The notes under the pieces: generated by a model | Databases searched by the model: none | Told to the model about the DNA's origin: nothing | What the model saw: the letters and a program-made list of their open reading frames with translations, nothing else | Program-made: the position numbers and the translations under genes | DNA from: Myxococcales bacterium | GTDB taxonomy: Bacteria > Myxococcota_A > UBA796 > SXON01 | DNA: 46,616 nucleotides | NCBI GenBank assembly: GCA_009692605.1 | Contig: SHYV01000002.1 | Location: 1 to 46,616, forward strand | Reading direction: 5' to 3' | In this document: positions 7,432 through 14,788 of the stretch, piece after piece | Position numbering within the stretch: the stretch's first letter is position 1 | How the letters are laid out: every line of letters begins with the position of its first letter

Positions 7432-8312
7432 ATGACACTCCTCGTCATGACAATGCTCCTCTCTTCCGCCGCTGCCACCATCTGGGTCGTGGATCCTGAC
7501 GGGGGCGGTGATGCCACCACGCTGGCCGACGGCTTCGCGCTGCTCTCGGACGGCGACACACTCGAGGTTCGGGCGGGGGTGTGCGCGGAGGCGGGCTTGT
7601 CTTCCCAAGCGACGGATATCCGCATCGTCGGCGCTGGGGCCGGACAGACCATCCTTGACGGGACGACGGCCGCGGAGGACGACTATGAAGGCTTTGGGAT
7701 CGAGGCCCGGCCTGCGTTGATGAGCTGCGGAGACCTGACGGTGCAGTCCTGCGAGTTTTCAGAGAATGAGGCAGCATGTCTCCGTCCATGGCAGACAACC
7801 TGTGGGTGTACGAGCGTGGCCCGTATGGCAGGCTCTGGACTGTGGAGCACAACACGTTCGTCGGTGGGGGGGTGAAGTTGGGCTACTCTGATGAGAACGC
7901 CAACGATCTCGCGCTCGACGTGACGAACAACGTGTTCATCGCGGTCGATCCGGACGGCCGCGCGTGCCCCATCGACGGCGATCTCGACGGCGTCGCCCTC
8001 CCCGACGCCGGTGCGTACGAGCTTGACCCCGACTCCGACGGCGACGGTCACATCACGCTCGCGCTCTCCGGCGATGACTGCGACGCCGCCGCCGCCTACC
8101 CCGGCGCTGCGGACACCTGCGGAGACGCCATCGATCAGGACTGCGACGGGTCCGACCTCGTCTGCCCGGAGGACACCGGCACCGAGGCTTCGCCAAAGCG
8201 GCACGGATGCGCGACGGCTGGGGCGAGGCCGCTCGCCTCGTTCGCAGCCTTGGCTTTTCTGCTCACTCGGGTTCGGCGTCGCCCTATAAGGCTGCCGCGC
8301 GTGTGCGGCTGA
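7432..8312 (+). pseudogene. Exported right-handed beta-helix protein with a MopE-like Cys-rich metal-binding motif and a MYXO-CTERM-like tail; the reading frame breaks near 7767-7780
   Basis: ORF 7432..7875 supplies the signal peptide and beta-helix start (MTLLVMTMLLSSAAATIWVVDPDGGGDATTLADGFALLSDGDTLEVRAG...). It turns into R/S/T-rich junk after about 7775. ORF 7776..8312 is in another frame, open from 7770. It continues with beta-helix sequence (WTVEHNTFVGGG...LDVTNNVFIAV), then DDCDAAAAYPGAADTCGDAIDQDCDGSD, then GCATAG + hydrophobic stretch + RVRRR. This second ORF has no signal peptide of its own. The alternative reading is two separate CDS. Confidence 0.55.
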
Positions 8313-8349
8313 GCACCCAGCGCGAAGAACCACGGGCTAAGCGCCCCTC

Positions 8350-10242
8350 ATGACCCCCGGAGCGCTGCGCGACTGGATCCCCGCGTCGCTGCACGGCGAG
8401 CTGGACGCGGTTCGTGTGCTCGTGGACAGGCTGCTCAGCCTGGCGCCGAGCCCGTTCGTCGAGGCCATGCCGACCCATCTTCTCGCCGCGATCGAGGAGC
8501 GCAGCATCGCGCCCTGGCTTGGCGCGGCTCTGTTCCTGTCCAGCGATCCGGTGGGTGAGGTGCGGGTGTGGGGTCGCGGCCCGAGGCTGTACTCCGAGGA
8601 GCGGGACTGGAACCGGCACGCGGTGCTGCTCGGCGACCTGACCCGACGGTTCGGAGAGGGCATGCGGGGGCCCCTTGAGGCGCTGCCGACCGCGCTCCGG
8701 CCGGGGCTGGTCGCGGATTGGCTCGGGCACGGGGCCCGCGGCGCCGAGCGAGGGACACCGTCGCAGCGGGTGGATCGGCGGATCGTGGAGGCCGAGCGTG
8801 CGATCGAAGCGGGGGACAGGGCTGAGGCGCTCGCTTCGCTGCTGCGGTTGTGGCGGGAGACGGGGGATCCGCTGGTGGCTGACGTGATCGACGTGCTGGA
8901 TCCGTTGGTGGGGGAGGCCATGGGGTCGGCCGAGCTGCAGGCATTCTGGGCGCGGCCGGGGTTGGAGCCGGAGATTGGCCGCGCGCTGCGGGGGGGCGCG
9001 CTGTGGGCGAGGCGGGATGGGACGGCCGCCATGGATCGCCTCGCCGCCCTTCCTCGGGACCCCCGAATTGCGACGGCGGTCCGGGTCGCCTTGCTGACTT
9101 CGCCCGATGACCCGGCGTCCGCGCAGGCAGCGGCGCAGGCGCTCGCCCGTATCGGCGATGTCCGGGGCATTCCGCGCCTCGCTTGGGAGCGTTTCCTGCC
9201 CAAGGTGGACGCCAGTGCCATGTGGACCACGCCCGCCGGGCCCGTTGAGCGCTCGCGGCTGCATGCCATCGCTCGAAGCGTAGGGGGGGTGGTTGAGCCG
9301 ATGGATGGGGTCGCCCGGAGCGTGCGGGACGCCGCCTGGCGGAGCCGGTCCGAGGATCGCGCGATGACGGCGGCCGTGCTCGGCGATGCGCTGCGTGAAC
9401 GCGGGGACGCTTGTATTCCAGCGCTGGTCGTCGGGCCGATCGACGCGGCGAGGCTGGCGGCGCTCCCCGGAAGGGCGGCAGAGGCGCTGCTGGCGCGCCC
9501 GTTTGGCTTGGAGAGCGCGACGGCGGTGTACGCGGATGGCCTGCTGGAGCGGGGGGCGACTACGGACACCTGGGGCGGGGACGCGTTCGATCCAGCGTGG
9601 GGCGCTGTCCGTCGCCTGACTGTGACCGGTTTCCGGTCGCAGTTCGTGGCCTCGTTGCCGTGTCTGGTCGGCGTGATGGTGCGAGCAGGCGTGGGGGCGA
9701 CGCTGGATGGGGCGGCTGCCTTTCTGGACGAGGTGCGGCGGCAACGAGCCGCTGCGGACCACCCGGTGCTCACGGAGCTTGGGGACGAATACGGGCTGTT
9801 CGCCCAGATCCCCGGTGAGCATGCGGCGATCGTGCCACGCCATGGCCGGCGTTTCGAGACGATCGGGCCGTTGCAGGGGGCGGTGGCGCGGCACGTGGCG
9901 GTGGTGGGCGCGCTGGAGACACTCGGAGCGGCGCTGGCCGGAATGTCGCCGAGCGTGGAGGTTGTGACGCTGGTGGAGGGCGGAGTGCCGCTCTGGGCGC
10001 CAAAGGGGTGGAGCGTGGAGGTCCATCGGCCCAGCGGACGGATGCGGGCGCGGTGGACCGGAGCGGGCGCAACTGGGCGTGTGCGGACCTCGCTGCTGGC
10101 GTTGCTTCGCCCGATGGACGCCGGGGAGCGTAGAGCGGTGGTGGTGGAGGTGCCTGCTGGGACGGGGGAGTCGGGGGAGGACCGCAGGACCCTCTCGGCG
10201 CTGCGGGAGCTCCGTGTGCGGCTCGTCGAGTACGCTCCATGA
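8350..10242 (+). CDS. Hypothetical protein (630 aa), Ala/Leu/Arg-rich helical, translationally coupled to the UvrA-family gene
   Basis: The ORF is ATG-started with high GC3. Its stop overlaps the next start (ATGA at 10239-10242). The short stretch AVYADGLLERG weakly resembles the VYADWLEERG core of the TIGR02996 repeat-companion domain (from memory, tentative). The two longer antisense ORFs here are shadows. Confidence 0.7.
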   Translation: MTPGALRDWIPASLHGELDAVRVLVDRLLSLAPSPFVEAMPTHLLAAIEERSIAPWLGAALFLSSDPVGEVRVWGRGPRLYSEERDWNRHAVLLGDLTRRFGEGMRGPLEALPTALRPGLVADWLGHGARGAERGTPSQRVDRRIVEAERAIEAGDRAEALASLLRLWRETGDPLVADVIDVLDPLVGEAMGSAELQAFWARPGLEPEIGRALRGGALWARRDGTAAMDRLAALPRDPRIATAVRVALLTSPDDPASAQAAAQALARIGDVRGIPRLAWERFLPKVDASAMWTTPAGPVERSRLHAIARSVGGVVEPMDGVARSVRDAAWRSRSEDRAMTAAVLGDALRERGDACIPALVVGPIDAARLAALPGRAAEALLARPFGLESATAVYADGLLERGATTDTWGGDAFDPAWGAVRRLTVTGFRSQFVASLPCLVGVMVRAGVGATLDGAAAFLDEVRRQRAAADHPVLTELGDEYGLFAQIPGEHAAIVPRHGRRFETIGPLQGAVARHVAVVGALETLGAALAGMSPSVEVVTLVEGGVPLWAPKGWSVEVHRPSGRMRARWTGAGATGRVRTSLLALLRPMDAGERRAVVVEVPAGTGESGEDRRTLSALRELRVRLVEYAP

Positions 10243-12917
10243 TCCGGCTCCGCGGCGCCCGGGAGCACAATCTTCGCGGGATCGATCTCGATCTGCCCAA
10301 GGGGACGCTGATCGCGTTCACGGGGGTCAGCGGCTCGGGCAAGTCCTCTCTGGCGTTCGACACGCTCTACGCAGAGGCCAGCCGGCGATTCGTGGAGGCG
10401 CTCGCGCCGGAGGCTCGTTCCCGGTTCGGGCGTCTGCGCAGGCCAGCCGTGACCTTCGTGGACGGGCTCCCGCCTGCGATCGGCGTGAGCCAACGGGGGC
10501 GTTCAGCGCCGGCTGCTCGGGCGACGGTCGCGAGCGAGGCCGAGATCCACGAACTCCTGCGCGTCGTCTGGGCCACGGTGGGCGTGCTCCACTGTCCCGA
10601 TTGCGGGACCCCCTCACGTCCCGCTACGGTGGACAGCATCGTTCGGGAGCTGGTCTCGCTTGCGCCGGGAACGCGGGTCTCGGTCCTCGCGCCGGTGGTG
10701 AGAGCCGGACGAGTCGCGGCGGTGCTGCGCGAGCTGCCCCGGCAGGGCTTTGTACGCGTTCGGCTCGATGGTGTACAGCACGCGGTGGAGGACGTCGGGC
10801 CGGTGGACGACCGTGTGCCCCACGATCTCGACGTCGTGGTGGATAGGGTCAAGATCGCGGGGGCCGATGAGGCTGACCGGCTGGCTGAGCAGCGCAGCCG
10901 TCTCGGGGAGGCGGTGCGGACCGTCCAGCGCATCGGGCGGTCCGCGGGGCGAGGGGAGGTGGTGGTGCAGGCGGGGGGCCCTGACCGGGTATACGGGGCG
11001 GCGGGCCGGTGCGGTGGGTGCTCAGCTGTGCTTCCCGAGCTTCATGCGAGGTTGTTCTCCACAAGTAGCCCCAAGGGAGCCTGCCGGAGCTGCGATGGGC
11101 TCGGCGCGGTCCGCACGGTGGACGCAGATCGGCTGGTCGTCGACCCGCTGCGCAGCCTCGCCGAGGGAGCCGTGGATGGCGGCAAGGCGGTTCGGGATGC
11201 GGCGCACGCTCACGGGATCCCGATGGACCGGGCGTGGCGGGATTTGGACTGGGCCTCTCAGGACTACGTGCTGAGGGGAGGTCCCGGCTGGGAGGGGGCC
11301 GGGCGTCGGGCCTCGCGCCGAGGCGCCAGCGCGGCTTCTGAGCGCGCGGCCATGGCGACCCTGGAGCGACCCTGCGCAGACTGCGCCAGTTCGGGCCTTG
11401 CCCCTGCTGGCCGCTCCGTACGGGTAGGATCCGCCCTCCGGGGATCCTACCCAGAATGGGTAGGATCCCCGGAGGGCGGATCCTACCCGGTTCTGGGGCG
11501 CACGCTGCCGGAGCTGCTCATGGTGCCGCTGAGTGAGCTGGTGATCGACTGCCCGGCTCCGGAGGTCGCGCCCCTGGTGGACGAGATCAACCGCCGGGTG
11601 GCCTTCCTTGTGCGGGTGGGGTTGGGCCACCTCACGCTCGGCCGCAGCGCGTCCACGCTGTCGACCGGAGAGAGCCAGCGGGTCCGCATCGCCTCGCAGG
11701 CCGGGAGCCAGCTCTCCGGCGTGATGTATGTCTTTGATGAGCCCACGGCGGGACTGCACCCGGCGGACACGGCGCTATTTCTGGACGTGCTGCGGGACCT
11801 GCGAGCTGCGGGCAACACCGTGCTGGTGGTTGAGCACGACCCGGACGTCATCCGCATCGCAGATCTGGTCGTGGACATCGGGCCCGGGGCTGGCCCCGAC
11901 GGGGGGCAGTTGCTCTACTTCGGGCCGCCTTCTGGGCTCGCCGGGCGAGAGAGCCCCACGGCGCGCTGGCTGGACGGGAGGGACAGCGCTGCACCGCCTT
12001 TGCCGCGGCAGGCTGCCGGGGTCCTCACGCTCACCGGCGCGCGCGGCCGCAATCTCACCCGGCGCTCGCCCGCCGGTGTCGATCTGGTGCTCCCCCTCGG
12101 GCAGGTGACCGCCGTGACGGGCCGGAGCGGCGTCGGAAAATCCACGCTTGTATTGGATACGCTGGCGGCTGCGGTGGCGCGACACCTTGGTGCGCTGGCC
12201 GAGCCCCTCCCCTACGACCGGCTTGACGGCCTGGACGCCATCGGCCGGCTGGTCCGCGTTGGCCTCGCCCAGGCGGCGCGCTCCGATCGCAGCTTGCCGG
12301 TCACCCTGCTCAAGCTCTGGGCGGATCTTCGGGGCCTGTACGCCAAGACCGCGCTCGCTCGGCAGCATGGCTGGGGCCCCGACCACTGGAGCCTACACAC
12401 GTCCGGGAGCGGTCGCTGCACGGCGTGCGAAGGGGAGGGCGTCCGCCACGTGGATCTACAGTTCCTCCCCGAGGTGGCGGTCGAGTGTGAGGCGTGTGAG
12501 GGCCAACGTTACGACGAGGCCACGCTCTCGGTCACCTTCCATGGCCTGTCCATGGCTCAGGTCCTGACGCTGCCTGCCCGTGAGGCGCGGGTTTTGTTCG
12601 CGAACCATCAGGCCATCGCTGGGCCGCTCCGCGTGCTGGAGGATCTGGGCCTCGGCTACCTTCCGCTCGGCCAGCCCGCCTCCACCCTCTCAGGCGGGGA
12701 GCAGCAGCGGATCCAGCTCGCGAGGGAGCTCGGAAGGCCGGGCGATGTGGCGGGTACACTGTATGTGTTGGACGAGCCTTCGATTGGGCTACACCCGGCG
12801 GACATCGCGTCGCTGCTCACCGCGCTGCATCGGCTCGCGGATGCTCGGGGAACGGTGATCGTCGTCGACACCGACCCTGCGCTGGTGCTCGGGTGCGACA
12901 ACGTAGTGGAGCTATAG
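10239..12917 (+). CDS. uvrA: UvrA-family double ABC ATPase (divergent, 892 aa, short C-terminus)
   Basis: Motifs seen are IRLRGAREHNLRGIDLDLP, Walker A GVSGSGKSSLAFDTLYAE, CPDCG, GACRSCDGLG, signature LSTGESQRVRIA, Walker B MYVFDEPTAGLHPAD and VVEHD. The second module has TGRSGVGKSTL, CTACEGEG...CEACEGQRY, LSGGEQQRIQLAREL and LYVLDEPSIGLHPAD. The second H-loop reads VVDTD. The protein ends at ...GCDNVVEL, without the usual GPEGG...GTPEE tail. Confidence 0.85.
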   Translation: MIRLRGAREHNLRGIDLDLPKGTLIAFTGVSGSGKSSLAFDTLYAEASRRFVEALAPEARSRFGRLRRPAVTFVDGLPPAIGVSQRGRSAPAARATVASEAEIHELLRVVWATVGVLHCPDCGTPSRPATVDSIVRELVSLAPGTRVSVLAPVVRAGRVAAVLRELPRQGFVRVRLDGVQHAVEDVGPVDDRVPHDLDVVVDRVKIAGADEADRLAEQRSRLGEAVRTVQRIGRSAGRGEVVVQAGGPDRVYGAAGRCGGCSAVLPELHARLFSTSSPKGACRSCDGLGAVRTVDADRLVVDPLRSLAEGAVDGGKAVRDAAHAHGIPMDRAWRDLDWASQDYVLRGGPGWEGAGRRASRRGASAASERAAMATLERPCADCASSGLAPAGRSVRVGSALRGSYPEWVGSPEGGSYPVLGRTLPELLMVPLSELVIDCPAPEVAPLVDEINRRVAFLVRVGLGHLTLGRSASTLSTGESQRVRIASQAGSQLSGVMYVFDEPTAGLHPADTALFLDVLRDLRAAGNTVLVVEHDPDVIRIADLVVDIGPGAGPDGGQLLYFGPPSGLAGRESPTARWLDGRDSAAPPLPRQAAGVLTLTGARGRNLTRRSPAGVDLVLPLGQVTAVTGRSGVGKSTLVLDTLAAAVARHLGALAEPLPYDRLDGLDAIGRLVRVGLAQAARSDRSLPVTLLKLWADLRGLYAKTALARQHGWGPDHWSLHTSGSGRCTACEGEGVRHVDLQFLPEVAVECEACEGQRYDEATLSVTFHGLSMAQVLTLPAREARVLFANHQAIAGPLRVLEDLGLGYLPLGQPASTLSGGEQQRIQLARELGRPGDVAGTLYVLDEPSIGLHPADIASLLTALHRLADARGTVIVVDTDPALVLGCDNVVEL
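11421..11489. repeat. 69-nt perfect nested palindrome (32-bp arms, 5-nt spacer; each arm is itself an 11-bp-stem hairpin) inside the UvrA-family CDS
   Basis: Verified base by base. 11421-11452 (CGGGTAGGATCCGCCCTCCGGGGATCCTACCC) is the exact reverse complement of 11458-11489 (GGGTAGGATCCCCGGAGGGCGGATCCTACCCG), with spacer AGAAT. GGGTAGGATCC/GGATCCTACCC alternate four times. Confidence 0.97.
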
Positions 12918-12952
12918 GGTCGGGTCAGCCCGCTCGGCTCCCGCGGCGGGAG

Positions 12953-13516
12953 TCAGAACGTGCCGCTCACTCCCCCGCCGCTCGGGAAGATGTGGACTCC
13001 CCCGACGTCCAGCCAGACCACGCCAGAGGCGAGCGCGGCGACCCCAGCGACGGCCCCAGCGACCCAGGACAGCGCACGCGGGCGGCTGACCGACGTAGCG
13101 TAGTACTCGTCTGGTGCGTCCGCGTAGGTGAGGCCTGCATAGGTGATGTAGTTCTCGGTCGCGGCCTGCGTGAACAGGACGGTGCCAGTGAAGGCTCCCC
13201 CATCGGCGAGCGCGAGGCTCACCCGGGCCGTCTCGTCCATGCCAAGCGCGACGGGCATCGTCCCGTCTGCGTAGCCGCGCGCCCTCGCGACGACGATGTG
13301 CTGGCCGGCCGGGATCGAGCTCAAGGTGCGTGGGCCGGTGCCCTGCGACTTGCCGTATAGCAGGACCTCCGCGTCGATCAGCATCACGTCCACCGCGATG
13401 TTTCCTACCTGCTCACGCGACAGTGTCAGGCTCACCGTCAAGGTCTCCCCGGCGTGTGTCTCGACGGTCGACTCGGCGCGAGTGTAGCCCGACATCGTGG
13501 CGGCGACGTGGTGCAC
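12953..13516 (-). CDS. PEGA-domain protein with a C-terminal TM helix; 5' end uncertain and possibly frame-disrupted
   Basis: A complete PEGA unit is present (IAVDVMLIDAEVLLYGKSQGTGPRTLSSIPAGQHIVVARARGYADGTMPVALGMDETARVSLAL). It is preceded by only the second half of another unit (GVHHVAATMSGYTRAESTVETHAGETLTVSLTL). A TM helix follows (LSWVAGAVAGVAALASGVVWL). The start is GTG 13516 or ATG 13495. There is no signal peptide in this frame. Confidence 0.6.
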   Translation of the reverse strand: MHHVAATMSGYTRAESTVETHAGETLTVSLTLSREQVGNIAVDVMLIDAEVLLYGKSQGTGPRTLSSIPAGQHIVVARARGYADGTMPVALGMDETARVSLALADGGAFTGTVLFTQAATENYITYAGLTYADAPDEYYATSVSRPRALSWVAGAVAGVAALASGVVWLDVGGVHIFPSGGGVSGTF

Positions 13517-13605
13517 GCCACACGGCGGCCACCACGTTGAGCTCCAGCGTGGCTGGCTGGTACGATGCGGACGGGGACAGCCAGCGGTTGAGCTGCTGCT
13601 GGCTC

Positions 13606-14010
13606 ATGGACGGGACGGAAAGTGGGGCTTCCTCCAGCTGCACGGGGTTGTTGCCCGTCGCCAACGCCGGGACGGATCAGGCTACGAGCGTGGACGGGGC
13701 CTGCTCCACCAGCTCCGGCTATGGGACGACCTGTGTGTCGTGTCCCGTCGTCACCTTTGGGTTGGACGCTGGAGCCTCGACCGACGCGGACGGCGACCCG
13801 CTCGACTACGAGTGGACCATGGCGCCGACCTCGGGTGTGACCCTCACCGGCAGCGACAGCAGCGCGCCGACGTTGACCATCGGCGGGATGATCCCGACCA
13901 CCGATTTCACGACCACGGTCAGCGTCACCCTGATGCTCTCGGCGAGTGATTGTGCTGAGGGGACGGACACCGACTCGATCACCATCACCTACGAGTGTAT
14001 GGGGATTTAG
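13606..14010 (+). CDS. PKD/Ig-like domain protein (134 aa from ATG 13606; N-terminus uncertain)
   Basis: The sequence reads ANAGTDQATSVDG...VTFGLDAGASTDADGDPLDYEWTMAPTSGVTLTGSDSSAPTLTIGG, a classic PKD-type pattern. GC3 is high from about 13560 onward. No signal peptide was found. The upstream part of ORF 13330..14010 is R-rich junk. Confidence 0.5.
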   Translation: MDGTESGASSSCTGLLPVANAGTDQATSVDGACSTSSGYGTTCVSCPVVTFGLDAGASTDADGDPLDYEWTMAPTSGVTLTGSDSSAPTLTIGGMIPTTDFTTTVSVTLMLSASDCAEGTDTDSITITYECMGI

Positions 14011-14713
14011 GGCCACTGCCCGTCCCGTCAGGTCGCCACGCCGCCCAAAGCCCAGCCGCCACCAGTACAAGGTCCAACCCAGCGATGAGCACGCCCCACA
14101 GGATCGCAGGTGGGAACAGCCCTGTCGCGATCCCGACTACGTCGGACGTGTGGGCTACGCCACCGACCACAGCGGTTGCCGAGTACAGGTAGTCGAAGCG
14201 GGCGAGGGTGTCGAGCGCGAACAGCAGCCCCAGCAGTTGGGCGCATACAAGCCGCGCTCTCCCCCCCCACAACCCAAGCGCCCCGAGCAGGATCGCGAGG
14301 GGCAGCATCGTCAGCACACCCACGACGCTGCGAACCCAGAACACCACAGAGATCAGCAGCGCCGCGGCCGTCCCCAGCAGCGCCATCGCTCCTCGTCGCG
14401 GACCGCGCGCGAACGCGAGGATCGCCGCCCCTGCCAGCGGCGGACCAAGCAGGCCGGCCGCGCTCACCAGGGCGGACCGCCAACCGGGCAGGATCCTCGT
14501 GTATGCGACCCCGGACGCGTCGGCGTTGATCTCCAGATGATCGAAGTCGCCTCCCAACGCCATCGCCATGAGTCCGTGGCCCATCTCGTGCACCCACGTC
14601 GCGAGCAGCGTGAACGGGTACAAGGCGAGCTGGCCGCCGGGAACGTGCCGTTCGAGGACCAGCAGGAGGATCGCCGCGAGAACCAATCCGGCGCGCGCGG
14701 TGCCGGGCCTCAC
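13985..14713 (-). CDS. M50B-like integral-membrane metallopeptidase (242 aa)
   Basis: This is the C-terminal part of ORF 13985..15811. A GTG at 14713 gives (M)RPGTARAGLVLAAILLLVLE...TWVHEMGHGLMAMALGG (HExxH in a TM helix). Then comes INADASGVAYT...AAGLLGPPLAG plus further TM helices. The upstream 366 codons are antisense to the methyltransferase gene. Confidence 0.7.
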   Translation of the reverse strand: MRPGTARAGLVLAAILLLVLERHVPGGQLALYPFTLLATWVHEMGHGLMAMALGGDFDHLEINADASGVAYTRILPGWRSALVSAAGLLGPPLAGAAILAFARGPRRGAMALLGTAAALLISVVFWVRSVVGVLTMLPLAILLGALGLWGGRARLVCAQLLGLLFALDTLARFDYLYSATAVVGGVAHTSDVVGIATGLFPPAILWGVLIAGLDLVLVAAGLWAAWRPDGTGSGPKSPYTRR

Positions 14714-14788
14714 GGGGTCACCATCTCGAGGAGAGCATCGGTCCGACGTACCCCATCCCCGCCGGGGTTGCTGTGATATCCGCCGGCC

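Noticed and set aside
8284-10493. Two very long minus-strand ORFs (718 aa and 580 aa) lie opposite the 630-aa gene and the uvrA 5' end.
   Set aside because: Their translations are monotonous R/S/P/A-rich low-complexity sequence with no motifs. The plus frame has the high GC3 and sensible composition. These are the classic antisense shadow ORFs of high-GC DNA.
12938-12952. I considered two short palindromes as bidirectional terminators between convergent genes. They are the hairpin CTCCCGC-G-GCGGGAG (12938-12952) and the 10-bp palindrome CCGACGTCGG (32123-32132).
   Set aside because: The stems are very short, the loop is essentially absent and there is no T-tract. This is not enough to call terminators. 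Several convergent gene pairs in this window abut or overlap (16186/16187, 13985-14010, 35897-35910) with no terminator at all.
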